Shown here one piece after another: positions 6,362 to 16,524 of a stretch of DNA of 64,000 nucleotides (position 1 is the first letter of the stretch; each line of letters begins with the position of its first letter). The notes beneath the pieces were generated by a model. The model did no database searches, was not told where the DNA came from, and worked only from the letters and a program-made list of their open reading frames with translations. Source of the stretch: a virus. Location: UHGV virus genome UHGV-1351772, one strand, 5' to 3'. The position numbers and the translations under genes were made by a program.

Positions 6362-7486
6362 TTACAGAGTCGTCAGTTCTTTTGACGGATAGTACAGTTT
6401 CACATCGACCAAACTGTAACCGGTGGCGTAGAACACCTGATTTCCGACCGAAGCAATAAACCCTTCAGGGTCGATAACGTCAACCGAGAAATCGGAATCG
6501 AATAGCCAGGTTTCTTGTTCCCCTTCCCGTTCGAAAACGGCAGCGTAACGCCCGTATTCTGGGCCTCGGCGGAAACGAAACAGCGTTAATCCTGTCTCAC
6601 GTTCTAAGCCATAAATCACCCCATTTTCTTCGTAGATTTCAGCGCGATTACAGCGTGTAACCGTCAACAACGCAGGCCGTTGTGTCGGGATTGTTTTAAA
6701 CGGTGAAGGCCCATCGTATGTCGTTGAAACCCAATCACCGAGACTGTCTAACGCCAGTGCTCGATACGCGATAGGTGACTTGTAGTTACACAACCTGTTG
6801 CCCTCGGTGTACATCGTGTATTCGATGCGTAACGTAGTACCGATGATGTCGTTCAAACTCAGTTTGTAGTGCGCTAACTGGGCTTGTATACGACAGGACA
6901 GAATTGTACACAGGAAAGTGTGACCCTCTGTAGAACGGCACACAACTCCGTAATCGGTCACTGCCAGTAACGTGGCATCTGTTTTACGGACGGGTTCCAG
7001 GCGAAACACCTCATTTTCAGTTTCTACGAGGAACTGCGAAACCGCTTGGTTTCTGGATTTAGCTTTAATCGTATCGAACACATCACCCGCTTTTACGATT
7101 AACGGTTCTACCACGTTTACCTGAAACGGCAGCGGTTTAGTTGGGTATTGTCCCAACGTTGTAATCGTTACTGAGTTGAGTTCTGGGTCCGATGCGTCAG
7201 GATCACCAGACAACCAATACGTTAGCCATTTCGACAACGTCTGGGGAATGACGCGCGTGGTGTAAAACAGAATTTCGCCATGTAAACCTGCCTCTGCCAA
7301 TTCGCGTGCAAGAAACGAGTTGACCGCGTCGTAGGTACCGTTGCGCAAGATGTCCATACCCCCGACACGAACCAAATCACAAATTACGCCGTGTGGAAGA
7401 ACCCACATTTTGACGTTTTGATTTCGGTCGATGGTACCTTCGCGCAGCATTCTGTGCCAAACGGGTTTACGTAAGTAATTTCTCAT
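6362..7486 (-). CDS. hypothetical protein (374 aa)
   Basis: ATG is preceded by AAAGGAG. No motif recognised. Confidence 0.7.
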   Translation of the reverse strand: MRNYLRKPVWHRMLREGTIDRNQNVKMWVLPHGVICDLVRVGGMDILRNGTYDAVNSFLARELAEAGLHGEILFYTTRVIPQTLSKWLTYWLSGDPDASDPELNSVTITTLGQYPTKPLPFQVNVVEPLIVKAGDVFDTIKAKSRNQAVSQFLVETENEVFRLEPVRKTDATLLAVTDYGVVCRSTEGHTFLCTILSCRIQAQLAHYKLSLNDIIGTTLRIEYTMYTEGNRLCNYKSPIAYRALALDSLGDWVSTTYDGPSPFKTIPTQRPALLTVTRCNRAEIYEENGVIYGLERETGLTLFRFRRGPEYGRYAAVFEREGEQETWLFDSDFSVDVIDPEGFIASVGNQVFYATGYSLVDVKLYYPSKELTTL

Positions 7487-7513
7487 TTTAAAACTCCTTT
7501 AGGTAGAATAAGA

Positions 7514-7538
7514 CTCTCACTAGGATAATATCTATCCG
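7514..7538 (-). promoter_or_regulatory. recurring promoter-like motif (minus-strand reading CGGATAGATATTATCCTAGTGAGAG)
   Basis: The core GATAATATCT(A/G)TC preceded by CAC-N3 is shared exactly with 52611..52635 and 61728..61753. It lies about 27 nt upstream of the ATG at 7486 in a divergent intergenic region. Confidence 0.5.
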
Positions 7539-7559
7539 TAATTATTTCGAGGTTCACTA

Positions 7560-8936
7560 ATGGCTGAACTGGTTTATGATTTTACATCCGGCTGCTACCA
7601 GAAAGCTGGAACTCGCGTCGCTCAGGAATCGTTCGGCCGTGATCCGTTCTTCGATGACGCGGAAACCTCATCGGGTTTGTACTACGACTACGGTTTTGGT
7701 GGCTACGTACCGATGGGATTCTCTGTTGCACACGAAGCCCGTCGCGACGACCGTTTACGTAAAGCGTTTGACGGCGTGTTTAATAAACTCGTGATTGACC
7801 GCAAATTGGCGTCTAAGCTGCGTCACTACGTAAGCGGAATACTCTCTCGTGAAGGTAACGTGGAGTGGTTAGGGTCGAACCTCCTCGGTGTTCACAGCAT
7901 CCGTTTTTTCGATTCGGACCGTAATCGTCTGTTCGATGAAGTTATCAACGTTGACGAAGATTATCTGTCGGAACTGATTAAAGAGTCCCAGTCGATTAAT
8001 ACCGATTGGCAGGTCGCGGGTGATACGTATAACCTGACCATCGTGTATTTGTTGCACCTGATGATTCCAAAGTTTGGCGACAAAGAAATCCTCGCTGCAG
8101 CCATCGACCTGGTGACGATACTCCAGTTTAAATTCTACTCGAGTATTTACTATCACTTCTTTCCGAAACCGGTTGATCTCCCTGCAGCAGAAGCGGCGTA
8201 TTCGATGCTCTCAATGAAATTCGATATTCGACGTTTGGGTAACTGGGGGCTGCATATGGCAGAACGTGCAACGTATTTCTGTTCGCCCGAATACCCGAAC
8301 TACGACGCCGTAAAACGTTTCGATACCCCCGACTTGGTACTGCGTTATATCACCGATTTAAATACACGTACGAAACAAACCGTGAAAGACTACTACGCGG
8401 TGCTCGATCGTGTACGTCGTGAGAATACTCGCGTGGTTAGTCAATCCGCGCGTATCGAGTTAGATGGCCAGTCTGTAATCCGTGATAAAGTCGGTGCACT
8501 AGAGATTGCAAAACAGAATCTGTTTGATGCGTCTTACGACATTAACAATCTGTACAAGGAAGAGTTGGCTCGTGTGGTGCTAGAAATGGTGCCCAAAGCA
8601 TCTCCCGCCGCGCTGAAAACGCTGCTGACTTATATCGCCAGTTTGCCGATTGGTAAGAAGCGTGATGAAATCAATAGCATTATGGAGGATACACTCTCAC
8701 ATGCTTTTGATGAGATTGTTACCAACCGTATCAACTTCAATGATGCGGTAACGGTGTTGCAGCGTATGCGTGCGTTGTATCAAGCATCGAAATCACCGAA
8801 CCCGTATGTGTTATCCCTACGGTCGAGAATTGAGAAATTGGCGGCGAAGGAAACACACATCCGACACGAATCCGCGTTAGCAGCTTTGCGTAATGCGTTG
8901 TTGTTATATTTCTTAATCCGGTCGTTACAGAAATAA
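7560..8936 (+). CDS. hypothetical protein (458 aa)
   Basis: ATG is preceded by GAGGT. It ends at a shared bidirectional terminator. No motif recognised. Confidence 0.7.
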   Translation: MAELVYDFTSGCYQKAGTRVAQESFGRDPFFDDAETSSGLYYDYGFGGYVPMGFSVAHEARRDDRLRKAFDGVFNKLVIDRKLASKLRHYVSGILSREGNVEWLGSNLLGVHSIRFFDSDRNRLFDEVINVDEDYLSELIKESQSINTDWQVAGDTYNLTIVYLLHLMIPKFGDKEILAAAIDLVTILQFKFYSSIYYHFFPKPVDLPAAEAAYSMLSMKFDIRRLGNWGLHMAERATYFCSPEYPNYDAVKRFDTPDLVLRYITDLNTRTKQTVKDYYAVLDRVRRENTRVVSQSARIELDGQSVIRDKVGALEIAKQNLFDASYDINNLYKEELARVVLEMVPKASPAALKTLLTYIASLPIGKKRDEINSIMEDTLSHAFDEIVTNRINFNDAVTVLQRMRALYQASKSPNPYVLSLRSRIEKLAAKETHIRHESALAALRNALLLYFLIRSLQK

Positions 8937-8945
8937 AAAAAGAGT

Positions 8946-8975
8946 TAGCCAGTAACCCTAACGGGTTACTGGCTA
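8946..8975. terminator. bidirectional terminator between convergent genes
   Basis: 13-14-bp stem TAGCCAGTAACCC/GGGTTACTGGCTA with loop TAAC. It is flanked by an A-run and a T-run. Confidence 0.85.
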
Positions 8976-8992
8976 GTTTATTTTAGCTGGGT

Positions 8993-9232
8993 TCAATGGG
9001 GCCCTGACATTACCACGAGGTGTATAGAGTAGACCATATTTAGCGCATAGGTAGCTGACGAACCTGCTACCATCAGACCAAATACTGCAAATGCCTGTAC
9101 ATACCGTGTTTTTCGTAGTGGGAAACCTTGCGAACGTCCGTATTGTTTTATCGCTTGGTAACTCTCGCGGATCATTTTATACGTCGCTATCCACGAAAAG
9201 AACACAAGTAAATAGTAAATTGGAGCCATCAC
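8993..9232 (-). CDS. small membrane protein (79 aa, two hydrophobic segments)
   Basis: There is a 4-nt overlap with the terminase stop, which suggests translational coupling. Hydrophobic stretches are APIYYLLVFFSWIA and AFAVFGLMVAGSSATYAL. Confidence 0.55.
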   Translation of the reverse strand: MMAPIYYLLVFFSWIATYKMIRESYQAIKQYGRSQGFPLRKTRYVQAFAVFGLMVAGSSATYALNMVYSIHLVVMSGPH

Positions 9233-11337
9233 TTCATCCTCTGGCGTTGGATAAGCTCTCTTAAGCTTTCCATTGACGCCACGTTTTGTGTATCAGTGTT
9301 AAGTTGAGCAATGAGGGACTGGAGACGGTTACGAGCAGCCATTGCTTGAACCGGGTCTAATAACCCGTTTGTGGTTCGCACAAGACGCTCAATTTCCCCC
9401 ATCAGTTCCTGCTGTCGCGCCTCCTCCTCGAGTTGTAATTCCTCATCCACCCCTTCACGATTTTCGACTAAATTACGATTGCGCATCATCAATCGACTGT
9501 TGTTGATTTCATAATGCCCCAGGTTATTCCCAAGCAGCAATAACCACATCGCAAGTAACCAAGAAATCACGAGGTCGTCATGACCTGAAGCTTTGTGGTC
9601 AATACGACCATTTTTCTCCACGAGGTTAAGTATCTGGTCGATGAGTTCTCCGCAACGGAGTTTATCCGCGGATAAGCGCAACGCTGTGGTGAATACCTCA
9701 CCGTACAGTTTACGACGTTTTTCCTGGTCGGTTGAGAAACCGATATATTTACGGAATTTATTCCAGAACTTCTCAGCGTTACCAATAGGTCCACGGTGAT
9801 ACTCTTTGTAGAGATCGTCCGTACGTGAGTAGTCCTGAGTGATTCTCACAAATAAACGGCGATGTAAGTCCGTGACGCGAGACTGTAACTGCAGGATAAT
9901 TGCATCAGCCACAGACGAGCCAGTAGACCGTCGTTCCAGGATTAGTACCGTGTTAGGATATCGCACCATAAAATCCGCTAAATGAATCGCGAAAGAGATA
10001 ACGTTAGATTCGTTAACGGTTAATTTACCTGCATACTCTGCGGTCACAGAGTTAACAATAGACATGGCGATCGCGTCTCGACCCACCGCCTCAGAGGTAT
10101 CCAACCCGATGACGTGTCGGTCTTTGAGCTTCGTCATCATCTCCTCTTCGGTGTAGTACCAGTCGGTAACGTAGTTTTGTGGTGAAATATCTTTAAACAC
10201 AGCACGCATACGGGAAGCATTCATACGATCTGCATCTTCCGCTGAGAACGGCTTGTTCAGACCACCGGTAGTCCATTCACCCCCGAAGTCACGACGGATC
10301 TGGTCAGGGGTACCTTTGGCGTTCGCAATCATTGCCGCTAACTGCTCATCGCTGGTACCGAGCTGACGGTGGTTGTACTTCACGTAGAACATGATACGTG
10401 GGACTTCTGCCGTGGAGTTAGAACGGATGATATCAATGAGCTGTTTACGGGTTGGAATGTCGATATAGCGCTCATCCCACATAATCCCCGACGTCATCAG
10501 CTCGTACATGTACTTGCCTTCTTCCGTCGCTAAGTCACCAGGGGTTGTTGCGAATACGTTACCGTAAGGAACACCTTCCGCTTCGTTAATACGGCGAGCC
10601 GCTGTACCGGATGCCAGGGCTGCCGGTAGAATGTGGTGTACGTTTTTGGTAAAGGGGCCTTCGTCCGAGAACAGACGACCAGCGGTGAGTCCACGACCGA
10701 TACCGTTAGCAGATTCTGGGTCGTTTTGGCCGATACCCGTAATCAGTTTGTTACCCTGGGCTAAACACGCAAAAGTTTCGCGGTTATCTGGATCATCTGG
10801 ATGTGCTGGCCACAAGTAAGACGGTAGACCGTTACGTAGTTGCTTAAGTTTGTTAATGGTTTCTTCACGCAGTGCCGGTCCTTTTGTGATAAGAATCGTA
10901 CGAGAGTTTTCCAGAAACCGAATTAACCACAATAGTAATCCGCTCATCCCGACGGTTTTACCATGCTGACGGAGGAACTCGACGGCGGCGTCGATGTTGT
11001 TGAAGAAAATCCAATACATCGAAAAGTTACCACGGTCGATACGGAACGGCGACCCGTATTTCATACCGTCCGCAGGTACCCTGACGCACTCTCGAAACCA
11101 GTACCAAGGGTTTTCAGCACACTCGATGGCGATATACGCTTTCTGCTCGTCCGTTAGGTTTTCGTCAAAAGGATCGACCCCTTGCAGTAAAGGGTTATGT
11201 AAGGCGAGATGAATATAGTAGTGCTTTACACCCAGCTTTTTTAGGATATTTGCAAACTTGATAAACGATTTGTTTGTGGTTTTATCGTCAACAATAGCGC
11301 CTGGATAATAACGCCAGTCCGATTCACGTAGTATCAT
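9229..11337 (-). CDS. terminase large subunit (702 aa)
   Basis: Walker A-like LRQHGKT (compare T4 gp17 SRQLGKT) and Walker B-like RLFSDE. The size and a GAGGAG RBS fit. Confidence 0.8.
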   Translation of the reverse strand: MILRESDWRYYPGAIVDDKTTNKSFIKFANILKKLGVKHYYIHLALHNPLLQGVDPFDENLTDEQKAYIAIECAENPWYWFRECVRVPADGMKYGSPFRIDRGNFSMYWIFFNNIDAAVEFLRQHGKTVGMSGLLLWLIRFLENSRTILITKGPALREETINKLKQLRNGLPSYLWPAHPDDPDNRETFACLAQGNKLITGIGQNDPESANGIGRGLTAGRLFSDEGPFTKNVHHILPAALASGTAARRINEAEGVPYGNVFATTPGDLATEEGKYMYELMTSGIMWDERYIDIPTRKQLIDIIRSNSTAEVPRIMFYVKYNHRQLGTSDEQLAAMIANAKGTPDQIRRDFGGEWTTGGLNKPFSAEDADRMNASRMRAVFKDISPQNYVTDWYYTEEEMMTKLKDRHVIGLDTSEAVGRDAIAMSIVNSVTAEYAGKLTVNESNVISFAIHLADFMVRYPNTVLILERRSTGSSVADAIILQLQSRVTDLHRRLFVRITQDYSRTDDLYKEYHRGPIGNAEKFWNKFRKYIGFSTDQEKRRKLYGEVFTTALRLSADKLRCGELIDQILNLVEKNGRIDHKASGHDDLVISWLLAMWLLLLGNNLGHYEINNSRLMMRNRNLVENREGVDEELQLEEEARQQELMGEIERLVRTTNGLLDPVQAMAARNRLQSLIAQLNTDTQNVASMESLRELIQRQRMK

Positions 11338-11383
11338 ACAGACTCCTCACCTCCTACCCTTTCGGGTAGGAGGCTTGTTATAT

Positions 11384-13024
11384 TTATTCGATGTGGTGCG
11401 CCAACATTGGCGACGCGGCTAAGTTTAACGTATCTGTTGGTGTGCGACGTATCCAACGAATCACTAGCGGAGCGTCCAGTGGTACGCGGTAGTCGATAAC
11501 CTTTTTATCCAACCACTCATCTACGCTATAGGTGTAAACTTTACCCCCGACGTGGATTTCGAAGTGTGTTGGTTCAGGTGGCTCTGATTCATTACGGCGG
11601 TCGTACAACGGATAAATCGGCTCGTACAACAGCTTCAACCATTCCGCCTTAGAGGCCACTTTGTTACTGACGTCGATTTCAGAATAATTGACGTTGGAGT
11701 ATTTAAATTCCGCCCATACGTTTTCCCCATACTTCATACCGTCTGGGAGGTATTCCAGAATGAAGTTCGAGTTCAGTTCGTTACCCGGATTTACAAGCGT
11801 AATAGCGAATGACTGAGACTGAATAAACGCACGGAATTTACTGTCTACTTTACTGATATCGACCTGAACGTTAAGGCGTTGTTTAACACCCATCAGTAAC
11901 GGATCGAAGGTCGTGCCCGTGGTGTAGTTAACGTGTGCTGTTGCATCGTAGACTTTACCGCGTGTCAGGTTATACAGCAAGAAGTCCAGACGATAACCGC
12001 GTGTGGCATCCAACCATCTCGGTACAACGAAAAGTTTCATGCTGTAGGCACCGTCGACCTGCTCTGTTACCGCCGTATAGTTTTTCACAATGGTGTCACC
12101 TACGACATCGGTACCCCCGTAAGTTTCACCTCTGGATAACTTATAGCTTAGTACGCATGGTAGCGTGTTGCCTGAGTTAGAAGCGATGTAGAACGTGTCG
12201 TGTGAACCTGCGTTACGTAGGCCGTTGAATTTCACACGAGCCTGGTCGATAGGTAGACGTTTTGTGCCATCGCTGTAAACAACATCACACCAAAGCGGTA
12301 TAGACTCGATTGGCATGTTGATCGGCAGCGTCAGTGTGGTGCCGTCGTTGTCTACCAAGAACGGTGACACTAACTTAATACCTAACACCGTGCGCGCTGG
12401 CGTTTCTTGCGGCATTACCAGGTTCGTTTTGATAATGTGTGCGTGACCGATTTGCACCACGTTACCGACGTCGGAGTAAACAGCGAACATACATTCTTCG
12501 CCGTTCTCGACCTCAGCTAAGCAAGCACCAGGTAACGTTTGTTTAACGACACGCTCTGCACCTTCGACAGAAATCGTCTGGACCGGTAAGTAAGTGTATT
12601 TCAATTTACCGTCTTTGTAGTAGCCGGAGAGTATTTCCGCACTGTCGTCAACTTTACTGCCTCGGAAAATGCGCACCCCGTCCACATCCGGTCCTTCAAA
12701 GGTGAGTGCGTTATCTAACACCATTGTTGCCGGGAGCTTCGTAGAATCCACGTAGACGCGATATTTATCGCTACGCAGTGGGTAGTGTCCGTTCAGACGA
12801 CCGTCTTGATTAGCCACCCCTACACCGCCCCACGGTTCTGTTTCCCACGACGGTTTGGCGTAGTTAACGCTTATGACGATATCGAAACCGGAGGTGATAT
12901 CGTTAACGATCAGATCTTTCGGGTTCGGTACGTATCCGGTTGGGCGTTCCGGCGCATAGAGTTCTTCAGGACGCCATACACGGAACCCGCGATCCTTATT
13001 AATAATGTCGGTTGTTAAGGCCAT
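11384..13024 (-). CDS. hypothetical virion-module protein (546 aa)
   Basis: Long ORF lying between the terminase and the sheath block. No motif recognised. Confidence 0.65.
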   Translation of the reverse strand: MALTTDIINKDRGFRVWRPEELYAPERPTGYVPNPKDLIVNDITSGFDIVISVNYAKPSWETEPWGGVGVANQDGRLNGHYPLRSDKYRVYVDSTKLPATMVLDNALTFEGPDVDGVRIFRGSKVDDSAEILSGYYKDGKLKYTYLPVQTISVEGAERVVKQTLPGACLAEVENGEECMFAVYSDVGNVVQIGHAHIIKTNLVMPQETPARTVLGIKLVSPFLVDNDGTTLTLPINMPIESIPLWCDVVYSDGTKRLPIDQARVKFNGLRNAGSHDTFYIASNSGNTLPCVLSYKLSRGETYGGTDVVGDTIVKNYTAVTEQVDGAYSMKLFVVPRWLDATRGYRLDFLLYNLTRGKVYDATAHVNYTTGTTFDPLLMGVKQRLNVQVDISKVDSKFRAFIQSQSFAITLVNPGNELNSNFILEYLPDGMKYGENVWAEFKYSNVNYSEIDVSNKVASKAEWLKLLYEPIYPLYDRRNESEPPEPTHFEIHVGGKVYTYSVDEWLDKKVIDYRVPLDAPLVIRWIRRTPTDTLNLAASPMLAHHIE

Positions 13025-13026
13025 GA

Positions 13027-15543
13027 TTAACCCTTGATTTTCAGATACTGGTTCAGCTGAACTTCACCATTCAGATACCGCTCGTTAACGCGATCCAAAA
13101 ACGCGAACCCGAGTTCGTTAACTTCTACGGTTTGGTATTTCACATGCGGATGGAGCTTGACAAACGCTTTATCGTAACCGATGTACGCGGGGTCGAACGG
13201 AAGCAGGTCTTTATACCGCTCCATAATCTCATCCAACTGTGTTGTTGAAATACGATAATCTGGATCGTCTTCCACGAGGGTGAGAACACCCTGTAAGTAG
13301 TCCCACAGGATTTTATTCAACGTAGGTGAATATAGGTGATACAGGTGCGGTAAAGGCACCGGGTTCTGTGGAGGCGGTGTCGGGAACCAGTTAGTCATGT
13401 AATTTTCTACTCGACTATCCAGATCACGCGCTACGTCTCTGAGCGCATACGTGTTCCCCGTTACCAGTGTACGCAACGGTATTGTAGGGTCGTCGACAGA
13501 GTAGGGATAACCATCATCAACAATTTTGACGCCTACCGTGTTGTCCTCGCGGAACACTACCTCGTCGCGTAATAGCAAGGAACCGCCAGCAACGACACGA
13601 ATAACTTTGTCGTCACGACAATCGAATTGGTTGTTATTTGATAACAGCCCGCTTGAGACGAAACCGTGTTTCGGAATACGAAGTTCACCGGTGACACCAC
13701 GACAACGCACCGCGATGTGGTTTTCATCAGTATCGCTCATCCAAGCTTTACAGACTACAACGATTTCTGGCCAAATGACGTGATAATCGATACCGTGTAC
13801 CAGAGGGTGTCCGTTTAACCACACTTCAACAGTTTCCATCGGAATCCACAGAGTGCGTTGTTTACCTTCTTGGTTTCGGGCCAGAATAGGAATACGAATC
13901 TCCCCTTCCCTGACCGCCACATCGATTTCGAAATACAGATGACGATCGTCGTAAATCACCGTAGGATGACGACGAGTACGGTCCACAGTCCAGGTAATGC
14001 TATTACCTTCACGGGTGTAATCCGTCCCTTCCACTGCCTTCAGATATTCGTCTCGTGGAATGTCATCGATAACCTTACGTAACCACAAGTTAACGTTTTG
14101 GCCTTCCTGAATCTCGAAATCGGCGGCGTTATCAACGATAGTTACTGTCTCGGCTTTATCGCCTTCAATCGCCTCGATAATTCTGGTGTTGGGGTTGCGT
14201 GCTTGGTATACGTCGTAACCACGGTTTTGATGTGCCTCTAACAGCAAACCATCGCCATCATACTCGTACACAGTCGAGTTGGTTGCCAATAACGCAGGTA
14301 AGGTAGCGCGGTACCCTCCTTCCGTTAACGTAAGACGCTGAGGGGTATCGGCGGCATAACGGCTTACGGCGTTGTAACCGTAGGCATCAGTACACAAATC
14401 GCGCGTAATATTCTCAAGCTTAGCTGCTGCCAATCGGTTAAAAGCAGCTTGTTCCAGATTAGCAGCCTGCCACTCTGTTACGTTCGCATTCGCACCGATC
14501 ATCGCGTCGATAATCAGGTCATCTGATAATCGGTATAAATCGTGTATGTGCGATGAGTTAAACAACGGCGTAATATCCAGATAGTCATCGCGGATAATCA
14601 GCCTGATGATCAGATCGTCCAGGTCGGTGATTGAGCCACTAAAAACGTTGCGATATTTTGCAATGCGTTCAGTCGGGATTGATAAATCGTTCCATGTTAG
14701 CTGACGTAGCGCCTGGTGGCGGTGACGATGGTAATAACGCCCCCGGCCTTTCCAATAAAGCTGGATCTCCGCATCGTTGTTAAAAATCCAGATGCCATCT
14801 TTTTTCGGAATATGGAGCAAGTATTTTCGTTTGCTATCCAGTTTGGACATAAACGTTTGTAAGTCGCCGCAGCGAAACTCTACAACACGACGAACGCGAC
14901 CATCGACGCGGATGTCGATATCGTCCCACGTTTTAATATCCGCAGGCTTTGGAGAATCAACCAGTTCTCCGTTTAACCAGAACTCAACGTACCCTTTGTT
15001 TTGTTGTTTCAGGTAATTAAACCGATCGATGACCTTTTGGACCTGTTCACGATTCGGCGGTGAATAAAACTCGACGGTCGTCGGGTTGATGTACGGTGCG
15101 TTTTCACCCCCGTTGTAACCAGGATAAATTCGCAGGTAACAAGGGTCGTTGTCCAACCAGGCATACCGATCGGATTGCGGAATAGCCATGTAAACCATTC
15201 CCGCACTGTTACGGTAGAAATAAACGTATTCGGAAGGAATTGTCGTTCCGTTTTCGTTATAGACCTGAATCCAGGTGCTAAAACCGTTTACGCAAGTGGA
15301 CAGTTTCTTCCAACGGTTTAGGGGGATAGCAAGATTCCCCCAGTTTACGTGAAGTTTATCCACCGCATAGGCGTGCCACCACGAATTCTCTTTCGGTAAA
15401 GCGACCGGAATCCGACCGTGTTTGAAAAAGCCGATCGCCCCGGTCTTGGGTGAAAGACGGAAGGGTGCGATGTTGAGCACCCCGTCAAGATATGGACGCT
15501 GCCACGCTTTTTGGATGGCGTGGGCGACCAGCCAGTTCTCCAT
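13027..15543 (-). CDS. hypothetical large virion-module protein (838 aa)
   Basis: Long ORF with an AAGAGG RBS. Its function cannot be assigned from the sequence (see the rejected portal call). Confidence 0.7.
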   Translation of the reverse strand: MENWLVAHAIQKAWQRPYLDGVLNIAPFRLSPKTGAIGFFKHGRIPVALPKENSWWHAYAVDKLHVNWGNLAIPLNRWKKLSTCVNGFSTWIQVYNENGTTIPSEYVYFYRNSAGMVYMAIPQSDRYAWLDNDPCYLRIYPGYNGGENAPYINPTTVEFYSPPNREQVQKVIDRFNYLKQQNKGYVEFWLNGELVDSPKPADIKTWDDIDIRVDGRVRRVVEFRCGDLQTFMSKLDSKRKYLLHIPKKDGIWIFNNDAEIQLYWKGRGRYYHRHRHQALRQLTWNDLSIPTERIAKYRNVFSGSITDLDDLIIRLIIRDDYLDITPLFNSSHIHDLYRLSDDLIIDAMIGANANVTEWQAANLEQAAFNRLAAAKLENITRDLCTDAYGYNAVSRYAADTPQRLTLTEGGYRATLPALLATNSTVYEYDGDGLLLEAHQNRGYDVYQARNPNTRIIEAIEGDKAETVTIVDNAADFEIQEGQNVNLWLRKVIDDIPRDEYLKAVEGTDYTREGNSITWTVDRTRRHPTVIYDDRHLYFEIDVAVREGEIRIPILARNQEGKQRTLWIPMETVEVWLNGHPLVHGIDYHVIWPEIVVVCKAWMSDTDENHIAVRCRGVTGELRIPKHGFVSSGLLSNNNQFDCRDDKVIRVVAGGSLLLRDEVVFREDNTVGVKIVDDGYPYSVDDPTIPLRTLVTGNTYALRDVARDLDSRVENYMTNWFPTPPPQNPVPLPHLYHLYSPTLNKILWDYLQGVLTLVEDDPDYRISTTQLDEIMERYKDLLPFDPAYIGYDKAFVKLHPHVKYQTVEVNELGFAFLDRVNERYLNGEVQLNQYLKIKG

Positions 15544-15553
15544 AGTGGACCTC

Positions 15554-16462
15554 TTACTGGTTGTTTATCGGTTTGGTGTTTTGGTTAAGTAATGTGTCGT
15601 ATGCCATGATAAAAGCGTCTTTACGTTTTGCCACGTCACATTTCTTAATTAGCCCACCTAAACGGGAGCGGTTAAATATCACGTTCTCTAAGCATGTGCG
15701 GGTAATAACAAAGAGAGACGGTGGATATTCGATGGCGCTGGTAACAAGTTGACGATCGTAGCTAATAAAGCTACCCAGGCTCGTTGCCAGCATACCTTGC
15801 AAACTTACTACGCTGAGATCTTTTAAGCGTGCGGTAATGTCTGCAGCTTTTACCATCTCGACAAATTCACCGATATTGCGTGGGAACAGGAACTCTGTGT
15901 TTCCGGTAACAGTTTCAAAAATCTGTGGTCCGAGGCGAAGTTCACGTTCTAACTGTTGCTGCATTCTTAACATTTTAACTTCATCTTCGAAGTTGTTGTA
16001 GAACTGCCCTACGGAGAACAGGGCAGCGAGTGCCTTGACTTGACCACTTTGATATGGAGCAAGTGCGTAGGTGTGTTCAATTGCATCGCTAATCCACCTG
16101 CTGAAGATCTCATGGTGATAAGACATACGTGACATTAATGCACCGAGCTTATCATTGTTCCGTTTCCACACTAATTCCCAACGTGCTTCGTCGAGACGTA
16201 ATTGGTGCTCAATGGGGTTACGGATTTTCAGTACGCCGTTTTTATCGAGCGTAGTGAAAGTTCGTGCGTCAACGTACACGTCATCACCGATGACGATCGG
16301 TAACGGGAACGGTTTTACATCGGCGGTTTCGATAACGTAATGTACTTCGTCAGACTGTGCAACGGTCTGATTGACTTTACGCGCCAGTTCCAAATCCGCG
16401 TGTAAGCGGGTAAGGTCTATGGTATTAAACGGAGTACCGTTGTAAGCGTTTTTGAGTGCCAT
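15554..16462 (-). CDS. hypothetical protein (302 aa)
   Basis: First gene of the minus-strand block, divergent from the sheath gene. Confidence 0.65.
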   Translation of the reverse strand: MALKNAYNGTPFNTIDLTRLHADLELARKVNQTVAQSDEVHYVIETADVKPFPLPIVIGDDVYVDARTFTTLDKNGVLKIRNPIEHQLRLDEARWELVWKRNNDKLGALMSRMSYHHEIFSRWISDAIEHTYALAPYQSGQVKALAALFSVGQFYNNFEDEVKMLRMQQQLERELRLGPQIFETVTGNTEFLFPRNIGEFVEMVKAADITARLKDLSVVSLQGMLATSLGSFISYDRQLVTSAIEYPPSLFVITRTCLENVIFNRSRLGGLIKKCDVAKRKDAFIMAYDTLLNQNTKPINNQ

Positions 16463-16524
16463 GAGTATGATACCTTAGTATGACCCTTTTTCAAGGTCTT
16501 AAAGACTGAATATGGAGACGTTCC

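Noticed and set aside
4707-6385. ORF-track entries inside the non-coding island (4707..4997, 4927..5133, 4943..5305, 5332..5556, 6008..6319, 6155..6385)
   Set aside because: They overlap each other in different frames and none has an SD within 15 nt. Their compositions are skewed (several Arg/Pro/Gly/Ser-rich), and several run through hairpin or terminator sequences. The 4943..5305 product looks the least unnatural, so a small real gene cannot be fully excluded.
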